DNA of 64,000 nucleotides from Chlamydiota bacterium (GTDB lineage Bacteria; Chlamydiota; Chlamydiia; Chlamydiales; JAAZZY01): NCBI GenBank assembly GCA_022601345.1, contig JAJACU010000019.1, positions 112,474 to 176,473 of the forward strand, read 5' to 3'. Shown piece by piece: positions 56,874 to 64,000 of this stretch (position 1 is its first letter; each line of letters starts with the position of its first letter). The notes under the pieces were generated by a model. It saw only the letters and a program-made list of their open reading frames with translations, ran no database searches and was not told where the DNA came from. The position numbers and the translations under genes were made by a program.

Positions 56874-59800
56874 CAAAAACTTTATAATCCCTTTAATGTG
56901 TCTATTATTTGCTTTTTGTTTGGAGATGCCACTTGCGTCTTCAGCCATGAGTTTTCAAACTGTTAAAGGTAGTGTTTCTTTAGTAGAACAAAAAGAAGTA
57001 ACTAAAATTCATGCTTCAGATAATAGTGTTGTGGAATACAGCAGTTTTGATGTTGAAGAAGGAAAAGAGATTAAAGTTATTCAGCCTTCTGAAGATTCTA
57101 TTTTGGTTATTAGAGTAAAATCTAATCAACCAACAAGAATTAGAAGTAAGCTCTCTGCTAATGGAAAAGTTTATCTTTTCAACCCTAAAGGTATTTTTCT
57201 AGATAAAGAAGCTCAGATAGAGAAAGGGACTTTTTATTTTGTAGGGTCAGAGCTTTTAACTGAAAATGTAGGTAGTGATCTTAACATTTTACCAACAACT
57301 GGGGATGTCGTTAACCACGGAAACATTAACTCAATGGGTGAAGTTCACCTTATTGGTCGTCATGTTGTGAATTCAGGGACTATTAATGCTATTGAGAAAG
57401 TAAAAATTGCTCAAACCAATGCAAAAGATCAGCTTTCTATTTTACACACCGGTACCATTCAATCTAAAAATGTGTTTATTGAAGCGCGCAATGGAACTTG
57501 TGAAATTTATGGAAAAATAGATTCTAAGAATACTGTGGAGAATCAATACGGTGGAAATATCTGTATTTTAGGTCAACAGGTTCGCTTAATAGGGGCTTAT
57601 TTAGATGCTTCAGGTACTTTTAGAGGGGGACAAGTCAATCTTGGTGGAGACTTAGAAGGTAAGGGACCCTTATTTAAAGCAACACGTACATCTGTAGATG
57701 ATGCAACAGTAATTGACGCAAGTGCCATTGAGTATGGACATGGTGGAGAAGTTGTTGTTTGGTCAGAAGAGCTAACTTCTTTTCAGGGAGAAATCTTTGC
57801 AAGGGGTGGAAGGAAATATGGTGCGGGTGGACGCGTTGAGACATCAAGTTCAAATCACTTAGGGATATTTAGTGGTAGAGTAAATGTTGGTGCTGCTTGC
57901 GGAGAGCAAGGTCAGTGGATGCTTGATCCATCAAACATTGTGATTACTGATGCAGAAGAGGCTAGTGATAACTTATCTCTTGTTTCAGAGTTTCCAGCTA
58001 AAAGCGGGTCTCAAGTTACTATTAGTGTCCAAGCTTTAAATAACTTTGCTGGAGGAAAACTTCAAATTGCAGCAACCAATCGAATTACTATAGATGCTAA
58101 TATTGAGAATATTTCATCTACTTTGGATCTAACATTTAGAGCTGGAAGTCAAATTCGTTTAAAAAATGAAGAGATTAAAGTTCCTAATGGAAAAGTATCA
58201 TTTATTATTGAAAATGAAGAATCTGGGCAAGTTGTTTGCTCTAAAGACTTCAAAGGGATCACAGCACACGAACTTGTTGTAGTGGCTCCTCGTGGTCAAA
58301 AAAATGGCTTTCAGGTAGAGACCAACTCTCTAGTTTTAAATCCTACGAATGCAAACCGATCTAATCCAAGCTTTGTTTTTGAAACAGATGTAATAGCAAA
58401 AAATAATAGTAACCATCAACTCTACTTAAGAAGGTCAAAAGGAGCTTGTGGATCGATTGTCTTTGAGGGATCTTTAGAAGGGTTTAATTTTGTAAATTCT
58501 GAAACAAACTTGAAAGTTGTTGGAGAGTCACAAATTGGGCACCTAGTGACAAAAGGTGCTACAAAAGTTGAGCTTTTGGGTGGAGGTCATATTTCAGAGC
58601 TTGCTGAATTAGAAAATCTTAGTGGAATCACAATAGGTAACAGACCCGAGAGCAACCTTAAAGTCAATGGGGCTCTTAACACCACATCATCTGTAACAAA
58701 GCTTTGTGGAACTATTGAAACACAAGCCGAATTTGAAGCTAATGATGTTAAACTTATTGGTAATACAGTCATTAATACAAATAATAATCCTTTTGTAGTT
58801 CATTTAAATATAACACAAGAAAATGTACTCGCTGATTTAGCTGTGCATACTGGTAGTGCGCATACTACAGTTGAAGGTAGTGTCTATGCAAATGACTTTT
58901 CAATTGATTCAACATTAACTCCTGCATTATGCGGTGAAGTCTGTGTGTTCAATTTCACTTCGAATACACCTGAAGTGAGACTGGGTCATGACTTGGTTGT
59001 ATCAGGTCAAATGAATTGCTTGAACTTAACTACAAGCGGAGAAAACAAGAAAGTAGCCTTTGCTAAGGGCGGTATTTTTAAAGGTAAAACAAGCTTTAAC
59101 CATACTGGAACAACAACTCTTGGCGATCATGAAGCAGCCTCATTTAGTTTCGAAGATATGTTAGATACTCACAAGAGTATAACATATTCTCATGGGTTAA
59201 TTTATGTTCAAGGCCCCGTTGAAATCAATGAATTAGCATTGCTAGGAGATACTTCAATTCAGTGTGATCAATATTCTTGTAATATTGAAGGAAGCGTTAC
59301 TCAGCAAGAGTGCAACGCCAACTTTGATGTTAATACTAAAACGAACCCAATTACATTTGGTAAGTATATTCAAGTAGAGGGTTTAAGTTTAAATACCTCT
59401 AGTTTAGTAAAAATCGAAGTTCCTGTGCATGTAACTTCGTTTACAACAAGCTCACCATCAGTTGAATTTACAGACCATTTATTTGTTGAAGGGGTTTTAT
59501 CTTCAAATAACATCAGCACTACAGGTCAAGATAGTCAAGTGTCTATCTGCGGTGGAGCACAAATTAACGGTTCTGCTTTATTTGAAAATGAAGCTAGCAT
59601 CACTCTTGGTCAAAGCCCTGATTCGGAGTTTGTAATTGGCAATAGATTGAGCTGTTCAAATTGTTCAATAAAGGTTCAAGGTAGCTTTGATGTTACAGGT
59701 CAGGTAGATCTATATGATGTAGAACTTTTTGATCATACAAATTTCAAGACTCATGGGCATAACTTTAATGTAGAAAAAGCTGTTTCTCAAAACACTGGTG

Positions 59801-62800
59801 TTGCTGATTTTTCAGTTTCAACAGATGCAGGGCACATCAATTTTGGATCTCAAATATATGTTAATGACCTAAATTTAGTAACAAGCGCTCCAATTTATGT
59901 AGGAAGTGAGCTTGATGCAATAAATGTATCAACTACAAGCCCGCTGCTAACTTTTGCTGGCAATACAATGATTCAAGGGCAGTTAGAATCTCTCTCCATT
60001 GCCACGCTTGGAAGCAGTAAAAAATTCCAGCTAAATCACGGTGGAAAAGTAAGTGGTGATGCAAAAATTGCCAATGGAGGGACATTCATCGTAGGGCAGG
60101 CAGTTGAAGATACTTTAGAACTTTTAGGACCACTGGATCGCTCAAATGGAGAAACTGTTGCTCAAGGAACAATTCGTTCTCATGCGGGAACTGTTGACTT
60201 TGAAAAGCTAACGCTATCTGGAACTTTAAGTGTTTTAAGTGTTTCAAATGATGGTGAAGGTCAAGAAATTACTTTTCACTCTGAAGTTGATGGAGCACAT
60301 CAGCTTAACGTTAACGCTGCAAGCTCTGTTGTAAATATTGAACGTCCGTTTGGAGCAAGCGACGCACTTACTGGACTAACAGTTTATGCAAACTTACTCA
60401 ACACAAAAGCTGATATCACCTTAGAAAGAGGTGCTGGAGAGTTTTATACTAACATCAAACTTGATAATAACGTTCAGGTTAAAGATTTAGGCCGTGAAGG
60501 GCTTTTCTTCTACGGAAAAATTGATGGAAATTATGATTTAGATCTAATTTCTAATCAAATGGTTGTAGTGAAAAAGGATATTGGTTCAACAGTTCCCCTT
60601 AACGCTGTAAATGTTTCTGCTAAAAGAATTGACGTGTGGGCAAGTGTTGCAGCAAACTCAGGAGCCATTAACTTTAATGGGGATGTTGAAATTTGTGAAA
60701 ATGTTAAACTTGTTAACTGCGGTAGCACAGGCATTTGTTTTAATGGAAAAGTTGATGGAGACTTTTTCGTGGAACTTAGAGTTAAAGACAAGGGAGGGAA
60801 AATTAGCTTTAATGAAGATATTGGGCAGCACCAACCTCTTAGACATGTAGTTCTTTCAACAAGTAGCCCTGTAACTTTTAATAAAAAAGTTCATGTAGAC
60901 AACTTTGAGACAACAGCGCCAAATACAATTTTCTATAATGATGTGCTTGTTGCAGGTGATTTTAATGTACACAATGTTCTTTTTGATGGAGCTCGTCAAA
61001 ATGTTAACTTAATGGGTGGAGGTCAAATCTTAGGAAATGCCACTTTTAACAATAAAGGTGATTTAACCCTAGGAGCTGACGATCAGGTAGAATTTAATGT
61101 GGGCGGAATTCTCTCACGCGTTGATGGTCCAACTTACGCTCGTGGCATCATAAATACTAATGGTGCGTTAGCTGATTTTAGTGCATTGCATGCTGTGGGT
61201 AACTTGAAACTTACATCATTTAATCCAGCTGGTACTTCTTTTAACTTCAACAGTACATTAGATGGAGCTCATAACATAACAGTTGATTCTAAAAATGGAT
61301 CAGTAAATTTTTATGACTATGTTGGAAATCATCATCCATTAGCATCTTTAGACGTTAATGCCCCTATAATATCTATGCAAAGGCAAATTACGGTTAAAGA
61401 TGGTGATATTGCACTAAATGGAGATTTAAATTTAGTTAACCATTCTAGCATTAGAAATGAGGGTGGAGAAAAGATATTTATTTCTGGAAATGTTAATGGT
61501 GAGTGGAACCTTTCTATCTATGCCAACGCAAACGACGCTCAAATTGTTGTTGCAGGGGCAATTGGTGGAGAACACCCAATTAACTATTTCAATGTTGAGA
61601 CTTCTAATAAAGTAGATTTTAACAAAAACGTTACTGTCTATAACTTAAATACTACATCCCCATTAATTACCTTCAACAATGATGTAGAGATAAAGCAGCA
61701 TGTACAAGCCAACAATATAGTCATGAATGCATCTGAAGGCCAATTTACAATTTTAGGTGGTGGGTACTTAACAGGAGACTTAGAGCTTTGCAACACATCT
61801 GGTACAACAATTCTTGGAGACTCTAGGTTCTGTAGTTTAACAACAGAAGGTAAGTGTTCAATCTATACTGCAAATACATTTGCACAAGGGCTAATTCAAA
61901 GTAGCTCATCTTCAATGGAGTTTAATAAGCTACATTTAAATGGTCCTTTGAAAGTAGCCTCTACGGCTCAAAAGTCTAAGGGTGAGAGCATCACATTTAA
62001 CCATGAGGTTGTTGGAGCACAAGCATTTGAAATAGATGCTGGTGTTGGACAAGTTGCTTTTTCTAAAAGCATTGGCGATGATGTAGCTATGCAGTCTTTA
62101 AATGTAAAAGGCTCAACAATTGCTCTTGGTGGAAACGTGAATCTAGCAGAGGGATCGGCTGTATTCCAGGGTGATGTTAACCTTACTAATGATGTAATCA
62201 TTCGTGATCAAGGAAAAGGTTGTATTACTTTCTTAGGTCAGGTCAATGGAGCATATGACTTAGAAATCTTCAACCAACATGAAGCCGGTCAAATAACATT
62301 TACAAATGCCGTCGGCTCACAGCAGGCGCTTAACACTCTTCAAATGACAACGCAAAATGCTGTTGAGTTTCCACGAAATATTGAGGTGGCCACATTAAAT
62401 ACTACTGCTCCAGCTCTGACGTTTGCTGATGAAGCAACAATATCAAAAGATATTAATGCTCATCATCTAGTGACCAAAGGAAAGTTTAGAGCCGTTCGTC
62501 TGTTAGGAAATGGTAATTTTTCTGGGATGACAACTTTCTCCAACAGTGGATCACTTGTGTTAGGGGGAAATGATAGCTCTGAGTTTGTATTCTCAGGCCC
62601 TCTTTCTGTTCAAAATTGTGTGCTTATTTCTCAAGGGCAAATTAGAGCAAATGGCTCTATAGCTTTAACTGAGCTTTCTCTAAAAGGAAGCACATCATTT
62701 GACACTCAAGACAATGAATTTAAAGTTACTGGGATTGTTGAACAAATTAATGATGGGTCTAACTTAAACATTGAAGCAGGCTCAGGTCAGGTAACTTTTG

Positions 62801-63771
62801 GAAATTCTGTTACAGCTAATAATCTTAAGTTTAATACAGCGCTTCCAGTTGAGTTTCATAGTTCAGTAAAAGTTGTTGAACTTGAAACTAAAGCCCCGCA
62901 TGTTCTTTTTGCAAATAATGTAACAGTAGAGGGGGCTATTACAGCCAACGATATCACAACAGCAGGCAGTGAGAATAAAGTCAAATTCTTAGGTGGCGGT
63001 GAGATTAAGGGAAATAGTGTCTTCAAAAATGGAGCAGGAATTTTCTTAGGTGGAAGTGAGCAGTCTGTAATTACTTTCCACGGTCCACTAGATACTACAG
63101 CTTCTCTTTTAGAGGCTCGTGGGACTATCCAAACTATTAATAAAACTATTGATCTTGGAAACATGAGTGTTGTAGGAAACACAACAATTCGCTCAACTTA
63201 TAGAGACTCAAGCGGTAAAAATATTTACTTCTTAGGAGTCGTTGAAGGTCCTAAACAACTTAGAGCAAACGCTGGAAATGCTAAGATTTGCTTTGAAAAT
63301 CATGTAGGGTCACAAACAGCTCTAGAATCTCTTCAGGCAACAGCATCAAGTATTGAACTAGATGGTGATGTAAGGTCTCAAGACGGAAATGTAGTTTTTG
63401 CTGGGGATGTAGTTTTCACCAATACTTCTAATTTAACTGCAGATGGGCAAGCCAGCATTATTTTTCAGGGAACAGTAAATGTAGATGGTAATGCAAAAGG
63501 TCCAGTAGATTTGATCTTAGATGCAACAGGAAAGATTGAATTCCAAAAAGATGTTGGAGACAGTAAAGGGTTTAATGAAGTTATTGTGACAAGAGCTGGT
63601 GAGCTTGTTTGTCGCTCACCTCTTAAATCTAACATTATCACTCAATCTCAAGCAGTCCCTCTCCAAAAGGTTGAGGCAAAAACTGCTGAGAGTGAAAAGC
63701 AATCAAAAGAAGTAGAAGCGACTCAAAATATTTCAAAAAACGAGAATGCTCAAAATGTTCACGAATCTTAA
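56866..63771 (+). CDS. Giant secreted repeat protein with an N-terminal two-partner-secretion (TPS / filamentous haemagglutinin-type) domain: TpsA-like exoprotein
   Basis: 2301 aa with signal peptide MRSKNFIIPLMCLLFAFCLEMPLASSA. TPS pattern at aa 30-360: FDVEEGKEIKVIQPSEDSILVIRV, ANGKVYLFNPKGIF (NPNGI-like), LDASGTFRGGQVNLGGDLEGKG, GHGGEVVVWSEE..FQGEIFARGG..GAGGRVETSS and QWMLDPSNIVIT. A modular beta-helix-like repeat region and a Lys/Glu-rich tail follow. There is no C-terminal barrel. Confidence 0.85.
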   Translation: MRSKNFIIPLMCLLFAFCLEMPLASSAMSFQTVKGSVSLVEQKEVTKIHASDNSVVEYSSFDVEEGKEIKVIQPSEDSILVIRVKSNQPTRIRSKLSANGKVYLFNPKGIFLDKEAQIEKGTFYFVGSELLTENVGSDLNILPTTGDVVNHGNINSMGEVHLIGRHVVNSGTINAIEKVKIAQTNAKDQLSILHTGTIQSKNVFIEARNGTCEIYGKIDSKNTVENQYGGNICILGQQVRLIGAYLDASGTFRGGQVNLGGDLEGKGPLFKATRTSVDDATVIDASAIEYGHGGEVVVWSEELTSFQGEIFARGGRKYGAGGRVETSSSNHLGIFSGRVNVGAACGEQGQWMLDPSNIVITDAEEASDNLSLVSEFPAKSGSQVTISVQALNNFAGGKLQIAATNRITIDANIENISSTLDLTFRAGSQIRLKNEEIKVPNGKVSFIIENEESGQVVCSKDFKGITAHELVVVAPRGQKNGFQVETNSLVLNPTNANRSNPSFVFETDVIAKNNSNHQLYLRRSKGACGSIVFEGSLEGFNFVNSETNLKVVGESQIGHLVTKGATKVELLGGGHISELAELENLSGITIGNRPESNLKVNGALNTTSSVTKLCGTIETQAEFEANDVKLIGNTVINTNNNPFVVHLNITQENVLADLAVHTGSAHTTVEGSVYANDFSIDSTLTPALCGEVCVFNFTSNTPEVRLGHDLVVSGQMNCLNLTTSGENKKVAFAKGGIFKGKTSFNHTGTTTLGDHEAASFSFEDMLDTHKSITYSHGLIYVQGPVEINELALLGDTSIQCDQYSCNIEGSVTQQECNANFDVNTKTNPITFGKYIQVEGLSLNTSSLVKIEVPVHVTSFTTSSPSVEFTDHLFVEGVLSSNNISTTGQDSQVSICGGAQINGSALFENEASITLGQSPDSEFVIGNRLSCSNCSIKVQGSFDVTGQVDLYDVELFDHTNFKTHGHNFNVEKAVSQNTGVADFSVSTDAGHINFGSQIYVNDLNLVTSAPIYVGSELDAINVSTTSPLLTFAGNTMIQGQLESLSIATLGSSKKFQLNHGGKVSGDAKIANGGTFIVGQAVEDTLELLGPLDRSNGETVAQGTIRSHAGTVDFEKLTLSGTLSVLSVSNDGEGQEITFHSEVDGAHQLNVNAASSVVNIERPFGASDALTGLTVYANLLNTKADITLERGAGEFYTNIKLDNNVQVKDLGREGLFFYGKIDGNYDLDLISNQMVVVKKDIGSTVPLNAVNVSAKRIDVWASVAANSGAINFNGDVEICENVKLVNCGSTGICFNGKVDGDFFVELRVKDKGGKISFNEDIGQHQPLRHVVLSTSSPVTFNKKVHVDNFETTAPNTIFYNDVLVAGDFNVHNVLFDGARQNVNLMGGGQILGNATFNNKGDLTLGADDQVEFNVGGILSRVDGPTYARGIINTNGALADFSALHAVGNLKLTSFNPAGTSFNFNSTLDGAHNITVDSKNGSVNFYDYVGNHHPLASLDVNAPIISMQRQITVKDGDIALNGDLNLVNHSSIRNEGGEKIFISGNVNGEWNLSIYANANDAQIVVAGAIGGEHPINYFNVETSNKVDFNKNVTVYNLNTTSPLITFNNDVEIKQHVQANNIVMNASEGQFTILGGGYLTGDLELCNTSGTTILGDSRFCSLTTEGKCSIYTANTFAQGLIQSSSSSMEFNKLHLNGPLKVASTAQKSKGESITFNHEVVGAQAFEIDAGVGQVAFSKSIGDDVAMQSLNVKGSTIALGGNVNLAEGSAVFQGDVNLTNDVIIRDQGKGCITFLGQVNGAYDLEIFNQHEAGQITFTNAVGSQQALNTLQMTTQNAVEFPRNIEVATLNTTAPALTFADEATISKDINAHHLVTKGKFRAVRLLGNGNFSGMTTFSNSGSLVLGGNDSSEFVFSGPLSVQNCVLISQGQIRANGSIALTELSLKGSTSFDTQDNEFKVTGIVEQINDGSNLNIEAGSGQVTFGNSVTANNLKFNTALPVEFHSSVKVVELETKAPHVLFANNVTVEGAITANDITTAGSENKVKFLGGGEIKGNSVFKNGAGIFLGGSEQSVITFHGPLDTTASLLEARGTIQTINKTIDLGNMSVVGNTTIRSTYRDSSGKNIYFLGVVEGPKQLRANAGNAKICFENHVGSQTALESLQATASSIELDGDVRSQDGNVVFAGDVVFTNTSNLTADGQASIIFQGTVNVDGNAKGPVDLILDATGKIEFQKDVGDSKGFNEVIVTRAGELVCRSPLKSNIITQSQAVPLQKVEAKTAESEKQSKEVEATQNISKNENAQNVHES
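58486..63613 (+). repeat. Intragenic protein-level repeat array (about 162-aa modules expanded by extra 78-85-aa sub-repeats)
   Basis: The anchor motif T-[ST]-[SA]-P has its Pro at aa 702, 864, 1026, 1352, 1599, 1849 and 2011 (spacings 162, 162, 326, 247, 250, 162). The sub-repeat motif F-x-[GSH]-x-V-[DNV]-G occurs at aa 1137, 1215, 1292, 1461, 1539, 1710, 1789, 2122 and 2200. Counted by hand. The copies are diverged at DNA level. Confidence 0.7.
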
Positions 63772-64000
63772 AATTGAAGCAGACAAGTGGCCTTGGTCAA
63801 CTCTCTTGATTCCTGAGAGAGTGGACCAGGCAACATGGATTGAGATCCAAGAAACTATCCCAACAATTCGACCACAAAATGGAATAGGGTCTAATCACGA
63901 TATCCGCCATCTTTTTAATGATGCCTACGTAGATTTGGTTTATAGTGTGGAAAAACTTTCAAGCTTATCTAAAAGTTGCGACTTAGGCGATTATATAGCT
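63755..64000 (+). CDS. 5' part of a hypothetical gene overlapping the end of the giant gene (partial, runs off the window)
   Basis: ATG at 63755 lies 17 nt inside the giant ORF in another frame. The frame is open for 82 codons to the window end (MFTNLKIEADKWPWSTLLIPERVDQ...). No signal peptide. Confidence 0.4.
   Translation, partial: MFTNLKIEADKWPWSTLLIPERVDQATWIEIQETIPTIRPQNGIGSNHDIRHLFNDAYVDLVYSVEKLSSLSKSCDLGDYIA

Noticed and set aside
60555-60850. Three overlapping short ORFs on both strands inside the giant repeat gene. Similar ones occur at 58587-58772, 61968-62201 and 62856-63182.
   Set aside because: The repeat region has biased composition with few stops in other frames. The main frame carries the coherent TPS and repeat signal.
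56866-63771. Possibility that the giant protein is a chlamydial polymorphic membrane protein (Pmp autotransporter).
   Set aside because: I see no enrichment of GGA[ILV]/FxxN tetrapeptides and no C-terminal beta-barrel domain. The N-terminus instead matches the TPS secretion domain.
1-64000. Window-wide scan for CRISPR arrays, rRNA genes, IS elements/transposases, integrases, prophage or toxin-antitoxin/restriction-type defence genes.
   Set aside because: No regularly spaced direct repeats, no rRNA-like sequence and no ORF with transposase, integrase or nuclease-defence motifs were recognised by eye. Absence cannot be proven without searches.

Overview
This is a 64-kb chromosomal window from an AT-rich member of the Chlamydiae. 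It is probably an environmental or amoeba-associated lineage; that is an inference, and the exact taxon cannot be named by eye.

The core is the conserved chlamydial backbone: infA, tRNA-Thr, tuf, tRNA-Trp, secE, nusG, rplK-rplA-rplJ-rplL, rpoB-rpoC, tal, the V-type ATPase operon (atpE, a CT309-like gene, atpA/B/D/I/K), then valS. This is the order I recall for Chlamydia trachomatis CT323 to CT302.

The left third (1-21 kb) carries metabolic, salvage and transport genes: pncB-pncA, an O-methyltransferase, a MYG1-HIT-isochorismatase operon, an SDR epimerase, a thioesterase, an aromatic amino-acid permease, sufE and a ClC channel. Mixed in are eukaryote-like or secreted candidates: an ankyrin-repeat protein, a HEAT-repeat protein, and a RING-like protein with an Inc-like membrane hairpin.

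Lineage-specific insertions interrupt the backbone:
- pdxH sits between rpoC and tal.
- Three hypothetical genes, two of them cysteine-conserved tandem paralogs, sit between tal and atpE.
- A 7-kb block sits between atpK and valS. It holds fumC, a membrane-anchored ankyrin plus type-II PI4-kinase-like protein, two small Ser/Gly-rich membrane proteins, a lipoprotein and an alanine/cation symporter.

The right end holds a 2301-aa exoprotein. It has a clear two-partner-secretion (TPS, filamentous-haemagglutinin-type) N-terminal domain and a long modular repeat region. No TpsB partner and no autotransporter barrel are visible. It has an unusual uORF-containing leader and an overlapping downstream ORF.

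The most noteworthy items:
- the orphan TpsA-like giant protein
- the bacterial PI4KII-like kinase
- the RING-like/Inc-like fusion
- a VKOR-like CxxC membrane protein in an operon with an SDR enzyme
- an apparent frameshift in rplL at an A8 tract

I recognised no rRNA, CRISPR array, transposase, integrase or phage genes. All homology calls come from motif recognition by eye, not from searches.
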